Shown here piece by piece: positions 10,659-19,720 of a DNA stretch of 64,000 nt (the first letter of the stretch is position 1; each line of letters opens with the position of its first letter). Below the pieces are notes generated by a model that had not been told where the DNA came from, made no database searches, and was given only the letters and a program-made list of their open reading frames with translations. Both the position numbers and the translations under genes were made by a program. This DNA is from Gemmatimonadales bacterium (GTDB taxonomy: Bacteria > Gemmatimonadota > Gemmatimonadetes > Gemmatimonadales > GWC2-71-9): assembly GCA_036556625.1 (NCBI GenBank), contig DATBJC010000118.1:14877-78876 (forward strand), given 5' to 3'.

Positions 10659-11368
10659 CACGCCACCTCACGGTCGAGGGGTCCACGGGGCACGATCTTG
10701 CCGTCGAAGAGAAAGACGTTGCGATTGGCCCGCCCCAGATAGCGGGGATCGTGCGTGACGATCACGATGGTGGCGCCGTCCCGATTGAGCTCATCCAGCA
10801 GCTCCATCACCTGGGCGCCGTTCCGGGAGTCGAGATTGCCGGTGGGCTCGTCGGCCAGCAGCACCAGCGGCTTGCCCGCCACGGCGCGGGCCACCGCGAC
10901 CCGCTGCTGCTGGCCGCCGGAGAGCTGCGAGGGATAGTGATGGATCCGGTGGAGCAAGCCGACCCGCTGCAGGGCGTCGTGAACCAGCGAGCGCCGCTCC
11001 GCCGCGCCGAGCCCCCGATACTTGAGCGGAAGCTCGACGTTCTGGTAGACGTTCAGATCGCCGATCAGGTTGAAGGCCTGGAAGATGAACCCGATGGCGC
11101 GGCTGCGGACCCGGGCTCGCTGCGCCGGGGAGAGCGTGGCCACCGGCTCTCCGGCGAGCACGTAGCTCCCTTCGCTGGGCGAATCCAGCAGGCCGAGGAT
11201 GGACAGCAGCGTGGTCTTGCCGCAGCCCGATGGGCCGCAGATCGCCACGAACTCGCCGGCCCGGATCTCCAGATCGATCCGGGACAGCGCGTGGGTCTCC
11301 ACATCCTCGGTGTGGAAGATCCGGGAGATGCCGTCCAGCCGGATCAGGGGATCGATCGCGAGTGCCAT
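10658..11368 (-). CDS. ABC transporter ATP-binding protein, MacB/LolD type (stand-alone NBD), copy 2
   Basis: C-terminal 236 codons of track ORF 10658..11926, starting MALAIDPLIRLDGISRIFHTEDVETHAL. Walker A GPSGCGKT, signature [14 protein letters not shown], Walker [13 protein letters not shown]-loop THDPRY. The start lies 2 nt after the upstream permease TAG. Confidence 0.92.
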   Translation of the reverse strand: MALAIDPLIRLDGISRIFHTEDVETHALSRIDLEIRAGEFVAICGPSGCGKTTLLSILGLLDSPSEGSYVLAGEPVATLSPAQRARVRSRAIGFIFQAFNLIGDLNVYQNVELPLKYRGLGAAERRSLVHDALQRVGLLHRIHHYPSQLSGGQQQRVAVARAVAGKPLVLLADEPTGNLDSRNGAQVMELLDELNRDGATIVIVTHDPRYLGRANRNVFLFDGKIVPRGPLDREVA

Positions 11369-11370
11369 GG

Positions 11371-13806
11371 CTACTCGCTCCGGAGCGCGACCATGGGATC
11401 GGTGCGCGCGGCCCGGCGGGCGGGCAGCGCGGCGGCCATGACCGCCACTGTCATGAGAACGACGATGCCGCCGGCGAAGGTTGGCGGATCGGTGGGACTC
11501 ACCCGGAAGAGCAGCGTCGACAGGAGTCCGGACAACGCCAGCGCGCCCGCCAGTCCCACGACCATCCCCACACCCGCGAGCTTGGCGCCGTGGCGCACGA
11601 CCATGGCCAGCACGTCGGCGTGGCGGGCGCCCAGGGCCATACGAATGCCGATCTCCTGGGTTCGCTGCGCCACGCCGTAGGAGATGACGCCGTACACGCC
11701 GATGGCGGCCAGCAGGAGCGCTATCGCGCCGAACACGGTGAGCAGCATCGTGCTGAACCGCGACTCCGCCAGGGAATCCACCAGCCGGCCCTGCATGGTG
11801 CCGAGGTTGTACAGCGGAACCGCGGGGTCGACCTCCGCCACCGCCTGGCGGATCGGAGTCATCAATGGGGCCGGGTCGCCCTGGGCTCGAACCGCGACGG
11901 TCAAGGTGCGGTCGGTCCAGCTCCATGCCGCCGCGGGCGCCTGCAGCATGGGCAGGTAGAACTCGGGCTCCGGCGCCTGGTCCAACCCCTGGGCGCGAAC
12001 ATCGCCCACCACCCCCACCACTTCCTTCCAGTTGGGCGACCCATTGGGCCCGGGCTCGCAGCAGGCTATGCGCTTACCGATCGGGTCCTCACCGCGAAAC
12101 GCCTCCCGCGCGAGCGTCTGGTTGATCACCATCACCAGCGGCGCGCCCCGCCGGTCGTCCGCGGTGAATGTCCGGCCCCGAAGCAGCCGGATCTTCAGGG
12201 TGGCGAAGTACCCGGGCGTCACCAGCCGCAGTTGGGAGTTGATCGCCGAGGCGATGTCGAGCGGGCGGCCTTCCGGCACCAGGCCGTTGCTGCCGCCGCC
12301 CTCCAGCGGCGCGGTCGACACCAGCGCGCCGGCGTCCACCCCCGGCACTGCGGCGATCCGTTCCTCGATGCGCTGGAACGCGCGGGTCACCTGCTCCGGC
12401 GACTGATAGGTCACCGCCGGCAGCGAGACCCGCCCCGCGACTACGCCGCTGGGATCGAATCCCGGATCCACCTGGTTCAGCGCGATGGCGCTGCGGATCA
12501 GGAGCCCCGCGCCGGTGAGCAGCACCAGGGCCACGGCGATCTCGCCGACCACGAGCACGTTACGCACTCGGTCACGGCTGCCGGCCCGCGACCCGCTCCG
12601 ACCTCCCTCCTTCAGCGCTTCGTGCGGCAGCCGGCCGGCCATGCGGAGCGCGGGTGCGAGGCCGAACACCAGTCCGCTCAACAGGGTGAGGCCCACGGCG
12701 AAGGCGAGCGCCGGCCCATCCAGTCGCGCCTGCGCAAGGCGCGGCACATCCTGGGGACCGAACGCCGCCAGTAACGCGACACCCCAGTAGCCCACGATCA
12801 CCCCGAGCAGCCCGCCCGAGACCGCGAGCACCAGGCTCTCGGTGAGCGCCTGGCGGATCAGGTGTCCCCGGCCGGCGCCGACCGCCGCGCGGATGGCCGT
12901 CTCGCGCGAGCGCGCGGCACCGCGGGCCAGCAACAGGTTGGCGATGTTGGCGCAAGCGATGAGCAGCACGAACCCGACGGCCCCCAGCAGCACGAAGAGC
13001 CGGGGCCGATAGTCGCCGACCAGCTCCTCCATGAACGGCGCCATGACGATGCCGCGGTCCCGATTCTCCTTGGGGTACGTCGTCTCGAGCCATCGAGCGA
13101 GGTTCCGCAACTCGGCCTCGGCCTGGAAGACGGTGACCTCCGGCTTGAGCCGGCCCAGCACCGACAGATAGTGCTCGTCGTGCATCGCGAGCCGCTCGGC
13201 CGAGAACGCCGTCGGCACCCAGAGCTCCTCGCCGAACACGGCGTAATCCATGGAAGCCGGCATGACGCCGACCACGCGATGCGGGCGACCGTCGAGCCGG
13301 ACCTCGCGCCCGATCACCCCGGGGTCGGTGCCGAAGCGCCGCCGCCAGAGCGCGTCGCTCAGCACGACGACCTCGCCGCGGCCGGGGGCGTCCTCCTCCG
13401 GGAGAAACGTGCGCCCGAGGGCCGGCGGCACGCCGAGCATCGCGAAGTAGTCGGCACCCACTCGAGCGCCGTCCACGTTCTCCGGTGCGTCGGCGCCGGC
13501 GAGATTGAAGCTCTCGCCGTGACCCGGGACGAAGTACCGGAAGCTTCGCTGCTGCCGGTCCACGTCGGCCCAGTTGCCGGCGGAGAACGAGCTGGCCAGG
13601 TCTTTCCAGGTGGTGCGGACCAGCTGGATCTCCCCGGGGTTCTTGAATGGCAAGGGGCGGAACAGCACGGCGTAGACCACGCTGAAGATGGCCGTCGTGG
13701 CACCGATGCAGAGCGCCAGGGTCAACACCACGGAGACGGTGAGCGCCGGGCTCTTGCGCAGGGAGCGGAAGGCGAAGCGGATGTTCTGAAGCAGGGAGTC
13801 CATCAT
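11371..13806 (-). CDS. ADOP-type ABC permease
   Basis: Last 811 codons of track ORF 11371..13965. The family N-terminus MMDSLLQNIRFAFRSLRKSPALTVSVVLTLALCIGATTAIFSVVY starts at ATG 13806-13804, overlapping the upstream TGA. Contains LLIACANIANLLLARG and ends RTDPMVALRSE-stop. Confidence 0.9.
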   Translation of the reverse strand: MMDSLLQNIRFAFRSLRKSPALTVSVVLTLALCIGATTAIFSVVYAVLFRPLPFKNPGEIQLVRTTWKDLASSFSAGNWADVDRQQRSFRYFVPGHGESFNLAGADAPENVDGARVGADYFAMLGVPPALGRTFLPEEDAPGRGEVVVLSDALWRRRFGTDPGVIGREVRLDGRPHRVVGVMPASMDYAVFGEELWVPTAFSAERLAMHDEHYLSVLGRLKPEVTVFQAEAELRNLARWLETTYPKENRDRGIVMAPFMEELVGDYRPRLFVLLGAVGFVLLIACANIANLLLARGAARSRETAIRAAVGAGRGHLIRQALTESLVLAVSGGLLGVIVGYWGVALLAAFGPQDVPRLAQARLDGPALAFAVGLTLLSGLVFGLAPALRMAGRLPHEALKEGGRSGSRAGSRDRVRNVLVVGEIAVALVLLTGAGLLIRSAIALNQVDPGFDPSGVVAGRVSLPAVTYQSPEQVTRAFQRIEERIAAVPGVDAGALVSTAPLEGGGSNGLVPEGRPLDIASAINSQLRLVTPGYFATLKIRLLRGRTFTADDRRGAPLVMVINQTLAREAFRGEDPIGKRIACCEPGPNGSPNWKEVVGVVGDVRAQGLDQAPEPEFYLPMLQAPAAAWSWTDRTLTVAVRAQGDPAPLMTPIRQAVAEVDPAVPLYNLGTMQGRLVDSLAESRFSTMLLTVFGAIALLLAAIGVYGVISYGVAQRTQEIGIRMALGARHADVLAMVVRHGAKLAGVGMVVGLAGALALSGLLSTLLFRVSPTDPPTFAGGIVVLMTVAVMAAALPARRAARTDPMVALRSE

Positions 13807-16226
13807 CACTCGTTCCTCAGGGCGACCATCGGGTCGGACTGGGCCGCCCGTCGCGCCGGGAGATAGATCGCGGCGAGCGCCACCGCGACGAGAAAGCAGG
13901 TCACCGCGACGAAGGTCGCCGGGTCCGCGGCGCCGACCCCGAAGAGCAGACTGCGAAGCACCCATCCTCCGGTGAGGGCGCCGGCCACGCCGAGGGCCAT
14001 GCCGGCAAGCACCGGCCGCATGCCCTGTCGGATCACCATCCGCAACAGCGTGCCGCCGCCCGCACCCAGCGCCATCCGAATGCCGAGCTCGCGGGTGCGC
14101 TGCACCACGCCATACGCCACGACTCCGTAGATTCCCACCGAGGCGAGCACCAGCGCGGCGAGCGCGAAGCCGGCGAGCACCGAGGCGTTGATCCGGGGCC
14201 GGGCGAGCGAAGCCGCCTTGCGCTCATCCAGGGTGGCCACATCGGCGAGAGGGAGCTCGGGATCCAGCGACGCCAGCGACCGGCGCAGCGCCGGGATCAG
14301 CGCGGCCGGCTCACCCTGAGTCCGGACGGTGAGGACCACGGAGCGGGTCGGGGCCTGGCTGAACGGGAGGTAGAGCTGGGGATAGCCCTGCTCGCTGAGT
14401 CGTTCGTGGCGGACGTCGCCCGCCACACCCACGATCGTCATCCAGACGGCCTCGGGATCCCGGGGATCGCCCAGCGTGATCCGAGCGCCGATGGCGCGGC
14501 CGCGCTCCCAGAAGCGATCGGCCAGGCTCTGGCTGATGACGGCGACCCGCTCGCCATCGGGACGATCGCCGCCGTCGTAGAAGCGCCCGGCGAGCAAGGG
14601 AATGCGCAGGGTCTGGAAGTAGCCCGCGCTGGTGGTGAACACGGCCGCGTCCTGCACCGCGCCTTCCGGAGCCGTCTCCTTACCCTGGATCTCGAAGCTG
14701 AAGTACGGCGGTGAGTCGCCCAGCGGCGCGTCGGAGACCAGCGCGGCGGCGCGTACCCCGGGCTGAGCGGCCGCGTGCGACAGCAACTGCTCACCGAAGG
14801 CGGCCCACTGATTCTCCTCGGGGTACTTGAGACGAGGCAGGGTCACCCGCGCGGTGAGCACCCGATCAGTCGAGAAGCCGGGATCCACCTGCTGGAGGCG
14901 GTCGAAGCTGCGAAGCAGGAGCGTCGCGCCGATCAGCAACACGAACGCCAGCGCCACCTCGGCCAGCACCAGCGCCGATCGGGCTCGGTGGATGCCGCTC
15001 CCGCCGGCGACGCCCCGGCTCCCTTCGATGAGACCGTCACTCAAGTCGCGTCCGGAGAGCCGCCACACCGGCGCGAGCCCGAAGAGCAGGCCGGCCAGCA
15101 GCGAGAGTCCCAGGGTGAAGCCGAGGACCCGGAGGTCGAGCCCGATCTCCTGGATGCGCGGTATGGTCCCCGGCTCCAGCGAGCGCAACGCCTCGATGCC
15201 CCAGAACGCCAGGAGCAGGCCGAGGCCGCCCCCGATCAGGCCGAGCACCACGCTTTCCAGCAGCAACTCGCCGCCCAGCCGTGCGCGCGAGGCACCCAGC
15301 GCGGATCGGATCGTCACTTCGCGAGACCGCTGGGCGGCGCGAGCCAGCATGAGGTTGGCTACGTTGGCGCAGGCGATCAGCAGCACCAGGGCCACGGCGC
15401 CCATGAAGACGAGGAGCGCGGGGCGGATCTCCCCCACTACCTGCTCGCGCAGCGCGACCACCTCCGCGCTCCAATTGGCATTGGTTTCCGGGTACTGACT
15501 CTCCAGCCGGGCGGCGATCGTGGCCATCTCCTGCTGGGCCCGTTCCAGGCTCACCCCCGGCCGGAGTCGCCCGAAGACCGTGAGGAAGTCGGCCCGGCGG
15601 GGACGGGTCGTATCGGTGGCCAGCGGGGTCCACACGTCCACCCGGCGCTCGAACCGGAGCTCGGTGGGCACGATGCCGATCACGGTGTAAGGCATGCCGC
15701 TCAGCAGGATCTGCCGACCCACGATGTCCTGCTGGCCGCCGAACCGCCGGAGCCAATACCCCTCGCCCAGCATCGCCACCTTCGGCGCGGCACCGCGCTC
15801 CTCGCCCTCCCGGAACCCACGGCCGATGGTCGGCGTGACCCCGAACACGGTGAAGAGGGCGGCCGTAGCGATTCCGCCCGATACCACCTCCGGCTCACCC
15901 TGGCCGGTGAGGTTGAACCGGGTGTAGGTCATCGCCGCCATGCCCTGGAAGGAGCGCGCCTGACTCCTCCAGTCGAGGAAGTCCGGCAGCGATGCGGTCT
16001 CCCGGCCGATCGCGGAATGGCGTCCCCACACGACGACGAGGCGATCGGGATCGGGATAGCCCAGGGGGTCGAGCAGGACACCATTGACGACGCTGAAGAC
16101 GACCGTGTTGGCGCCGATGCCCAGCGCGAGCGTGGCCACCGCGGCCAGACTGAACGCGGGAGCGCGGCGCAGCGAGCGGATGGCGCGGCGGAGGCCGGCG
16201 AGCGGAGCAAGCATGCGCTCGATCAC
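13806..16226 (-). CDS. ADOP-type ABC permease
   Basis: 806-aa track ORF. GTG start 16226 is preceded by AAGGAG (complement of 16233-16238). ...LRRAIRSLRRAPAFSLAAVATLALGIGANTVVFSVVN, LLIACANVANLMLAR, ends QSDPMVALRNE-stop. Confidence 0.9.
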   Translation of the reverse strand: MIERMLAPLAGLRRAIRSLRRAPAFSLAAVATLALGIGANTVVFSVVNGVLLDPLGYPDPDRLVVVWGRHSAIGRETASLPDFLDWRSQARSFQGMAAMTYTRFNLTGQGEPEVVSGGIATAALFTVFGVTPTIGRGFREGEERGAAPKVAMLGEGYWLRRFGGQQDIVGRQILLSGMPYTVIGIVPTELRFERRVDVWTPLATDTTRPRRADFLTVFGRLRPGVSLERAQQEMATIAARLESQYPETNANWSAEVVALREQVVGEIRPALLVFMGAVALVLLIACANVANLMLARAAQRSREVTIRSALGASRARLGGELLLESVVLGLIGGGLGLLLAFWGIEALRSLEPGTIPRIQEIGLDLRVLGFTLGLSLLAGLLFGLAPVWRLSGRDLSDGLIEGSRGVAGGSGIHRARSALVLAEVALAFVLLIGATLLLRSFDRLQQVDPGFSTDRVLTARVTLPRLKYPEENQWAAFGEQLLSHAAAQPGVRAAALVSDAPLGDSPPYFSFEIQGKETAPEGAVQDAAVFTTSAGYFQTLRIPLLAGRFYDGGDRPDGERVAVISQSLADRFWERGRAIGARITLGDPRDPEAVWMTIVGVAGDVRHERLSEQGYPQLYLPFSQAPTRSVVLTVRTQGEPAALIPALRRSLASLDPELPLADVATLDERKAASLARPRINASVLAGFALAALVLASVGIYGVVAYGVVQRTRELGIRMALGAGGGTLLRMVIRQGMRPVLAGMALGVAGALTGGWVLRSLLFGVGAADPATFVAVTCFLVAVALAAIYLPARRAAQSDPMVALRNE

Positions 16227-16237
16227 GGCAGTCTCCT

Positions 16238-16936
<699 letters not shown>

Positions 16937-16975
16937 TGGATGTCCGGGGTACGGGGTTAGTTGGGGTCCGGCTGA

Positions 16976-17068
16976 GAGCTATCAGCTATCAGCCATCAGA
17001 CATGCACACCTGCCATCATGGTCACGTCGTCTGATTGACGTTGTCTGACGGCTGATAGCTGATAGCTC
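16976..17068 (-). other. Intercistronic 27-bp stem / 39-nt loop hairpin built from tandem heptads, between the adaptor and ATPase genes
   Basis: Left arm 16976-17002 is gagctatcagctatcagccatcagaca. Right arm 17042-17068 is tgtctgacggctgatagctgatagctc. The arms are reverse complements except one position (16995 a / 17049 c). That position is a U-G wobble only in the minus-strand (operon-sense) RNA. No U-tract follows. Confidence 0.8.
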
Positions 17069-17071
17069 ATC

Positions 17072-18319
17072 TCAATTGATCCGCACTCGATCATGTCCGT
17101 CCCATCGCGACATGTCCGAGATGATCACCTTGTCGCCCGGCTGGAGACCTCCGGCGATCTCGACCGTATTCACCGAGGTGCGGCCCAGGCGGACGTTGAC
17201 CCGGCCCGCCTCGCTGCCGTCCGGCGTCAGCTTGAACAGGCCGACCGCGCTGTTGGCCTGACCGTAGGCCGGTCGGCCCACGTGCAGCACGTTTTCCAGC
17301 CGCTCGACCTGGATGGTGCCGTCCACCGAGAGATCGGGCCGGGCGCCTCGAGGCATCTCGCCCTCGAGCGACACGTCCACCGTCACGGTGCCGTTCTGGA
17401 CCGCAGGGTCGATCCGATAGACCTTGCCCTTCACGATCCCGTTCCGGGTATCGATCGCTGCCGGCTGACCGATGGCGACGTCCTTGGCCTGCGTCTCGGG
17501 AATCCGAAGCACTGCCTTCAGCTTTCCCGGTTCGACCAGTCGCGCCAGGGTGGCCCCGGACTGGGCCCACTGCCCCACTTCCAGCGGCAGCTCCTGGAGG
17601 ATGCCGTCCGCGCCGGCCAACACCTTCATCGAGCGGACCCGGCCCCGTTGGAACTCGGTCACCGCCCGGAGCCGGCCCACCTGCGCCTTCTGCAGTGTCA
17701 GCTGCGAGTCCGCCGCGCCCACCATCACCGCAAGCCGCTGTTCTTCTACCTTGTATCGGGTCTCGAGCTCCTCGACCCGGTCCTTGGCCCGGCTCGCCTC
17801 CATCGCCGAGATCAGCTCCTTGGTGGCGAGTCCTTCTGCCGCTTCGGCGTTCCGCTTGGCGTCTTGATACGCGGCCTTGGCCGCGGCGACCGCGGCCTCC
17901 TGATTCAAGCGCTGGGTCACCAGGTCGGTCTGCAGGTTGACCCGGTCGGCCTGGGCCACGGTGAGTTGGCGCTCCGATTCCAGCGCCTCCAGCTGCACAT
18001 CGGGATTGCTCAGCTCCAGCAGCACGGTCTCGGGGTGAACTTCCTGGCCTGGTTCCGCCAGGCGCCGCTCGACACGACCGGCCGTCACCGCGGAGATGTA
18101 CCGGACCCGCTCCGGCACCAACGTGCCGGGGCCGCGAACCTCGATCACCAGCGGACCCTTCTGCACCGAGTCGATCCACACCGACGCCCGGTCCACTCGA
18201 GGCGCGGCCGGCTTCAGACTGCGAAGGCCGAGCGTGGCCGCCACCAGACCGACCAGTGCCAGACCGCCGTAGATCAGCCGCTTGCGGTTGCGATTGACCG
18301 GTGCCCGGGGAATGTCCAC
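17072..18319 (-). CDS. HlyD/MacA-family periplasmic adaptor (membrane fusion protein)
   Basis: 415-aa track ORF, GTG start with AAGGA upstream. N-terminal anchor LIYGGLALVGLVAATLGL. Long alpha-helical hairpin segments (DVQLEALESERQLTVAQADRVNLQ..., KDRVEELETRYKVEEQRLAVM). C-terminal beta-domains (VKGKVYRIDPAVQNGTVTVDV). First gene of the ABC operon. Confidence 0.85.
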   Translation of the reverse strand: MDIPRAPVNRNRKRLIYGGLALVGLVAATLGLRSLKPAAPRVDRASVWIDSVQKGPLVIEVRGPGTLVPERVRYISAVTAGRVERRLAEPGQEVHPETVLLELSNPDVQLEALESERQLTVAQADRVNLQTDLVTQRLNQEAAVAAAKAAYQDAKRNAEAAEGLATKELISAMEASRAKDRVEELETRYKVEEQRLAVMVGAADSQLTLQKAQVGRLRAVTEFQRGRVRSMKVLAGADGILQELPLEVGQWAQSGATLARLVEPGKLKAVLRIPETQAKDVAIGQPAAIDTRNGIVKGKVYRIDPAVQNGTVTVDVSLEGEMPRGARPDLSVDGTIQVERLENVLHVGRPAYGQANSAVGLFKLTPDGSEAGRVNVRLGRTSVNTVEIAGGLQPGDKVIISDMSRWDGHDRVRIN

Positions 18320-18589
18320 GCCTATTCCTTATTAAAGTGTTCCATCTCTGCTTTGCCGCCGGCTGCTCCAGCGGCCGGCGCCGGGCTGCAGAGGGAAGGA
18401 CCGTGCCGGACCCACGCTCATCTTCAACGAATTGGAGAATCACGACTTGCGAAAACCGGTCGGGCGAGCGGCCGGGCTCGAAATGTTCGCTCCCGGGATG
18501 TTCGAATCCCGGAATCGAACACTTGGGTGTGTGCACCAGTGCTGCTCGGTCGTCCCCCTCACAATTCCCGCCCTTCTCCAGGTCCCCGC

Positions 18590-19720
18590 ATGCCCCATTG
18601 CTCGACTCCAAGACCTACCGGGTGGACTGCGTCCACCATGCTGTGCCTGGTTTCCCTTGCCGCCGCCTGCAGCCACAGCGAGCCCTTCTCCAACCCTCAA
18701 GGCAACGATCGGCCGTTCGATCCGGGACCACCCGCTCGGCTGACCTTGAACCCGGCCCACGACGGCAATCCGGCCTGGCTGGCCGACGGGTCGGGCATCG
18801 TTTACTCGGCCCAGCAGCTCGAGCGGACAGACAACGACGTCTGCCTGGCTGAGCTGCCTCCAGGAGGCGGAAGCCATCTCCGGCTCGACTGCGACATTCC
18901 CGGAGAGAGGACCACTACCGACGCGGTGCAGTCCCCGGCGCCGGCCCTCGATGGGCGGCTGGCGTTCGTCAGTGCGGGGAACGGCGGGATCGGCGGACCC
19001 ACTCCGGTCCTGCTGGGCATCGCGGTATCTCCCACCTTGGATGCCGTGAACGGCCAAACGGTTCGCAGCCTCCCCTTTGCGCCCGACGGCGGCACCACCC
19101 AGGCCTACGCCGGTTACCTCCGCTGGCTGACCTCCGAGCGGCTGGTCTACGTAGGCCAGCGCTTCCAGACCTTTCTTCCCTGCCGTGGCTGCATCCTCGA
19201 CACCCTGATCTCGGGCACCGAGGTCACCGTGCTCGACGTCGGCGGGGGAACGGGAAGCGCCCTACCGGGAACTCTGAGCGCGACCGGGGTCGCCCCGATC
19301 CAGGAGGGCGCCGCGATCCTGTACACCTTGTTCGGCGATACTCGCATCTACACGCGGGCCCTCTCCAGCGGTGCGGTCGGTGTATTCCATGACTTCGGTC
19401 CCGGCCAGGTGGTGCGCGACGTTCACGCGGGGGGCAATCGAGTGGCGGCAGTGGTCGGCGGGCGCATCGGATTTTCGGTGGTGCCCGACATCGGCGCTAC
19501 CCAGTGGGACAGCGGCGGGGTGCTGCATGTACTCGACTCCGACGGCGGCGGCGAAGTGGTGCTGGACACGCCCGGGCGGCTGTACCGCCGGCCAGCCGTC
19601 TCGCCCGATGGCAGTCGGGTGGTGGCTGAAGGGCTCCCGCTGATTGTCACCGCAACCGGCATGGGAGTGGACACGACGGTGAGCCGGAGCGGCGACCTCT
19701 ACCTCTTCGGAGCCGAGTGA
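18590..19720 (+). CDS. Lipoprotein with TolB-like (PD40/WD40-like) beta-propeller repeats
   Basis: 3' part of the 875-aa track ORF 17093..19720; the upstream part is antisense shadow of the adaptor gene. Lipobox LVSLAAAC. PD40-like motifs NPAHDGNPAWLADGSGIVYSA and RRPAVSPDGSRVVAEG. Start is ATG 18590 or in-frame ATG 18638. Confidence 0.7.
   Translation: MPHCSTPRPTGWTASTMLCLVSLAAACSHSEPFSNPQGNDRPFDPGPPARLTLNPAHDGNPAWLADGSGIVYSAQQLERTDNDVCLAELPPGGGSHLRLDCDIPGERTTTDAVQSPAPALDGRLAFVSAGNGGIGGPTPVLLGIAVSPTLDAVNGQTVRSLPFAPDGGTTQAYAGYLRWLTSERLVYVGQRFQTFLPCRGCILDTLISGTEVTVLDVGGGTGSALPGTLSATGVAPIQEGAAILYTLFGDTRIYTRALSSGAVGVFHDFGPGQVVRDVHAGGNRVAAVVGGRIGFSVVPDIGATQWDSGGVLHVLDSDGGGEVVLDTPGRLYRRPAVSPDGSRVVAEGLPLIVTATGMGVDTTVSRSGDLYLFGAE

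Noticed and set aside
18483-18520. Possible tRNA or tRNA fragment (GTTCGAATCC T-arm-like sequence, with a second T-arm-like sequence on the opposite strand)
   Set aside because: No acceptor stem, D-arm or anticodon arm can be drawn around it. The T-stem does not pair with a 7-nt TTCGAAT loop. Kept only as a palindromic operator or relic candidate.
17093-18589. 5' 1.5 kb of the 875-aa plus-strand ORF 17093..19720, and the 506-aa minus ORF 17091..18611
   Set aside because: The first is antisense and the second is an alternate frame of the HlyD/MacA-like gene. The translations are Arg/Gly/His/Pro-rich without motifs. Only the 3' part (from 18590 or 18638) has a lipobox and PD40-like repeats.
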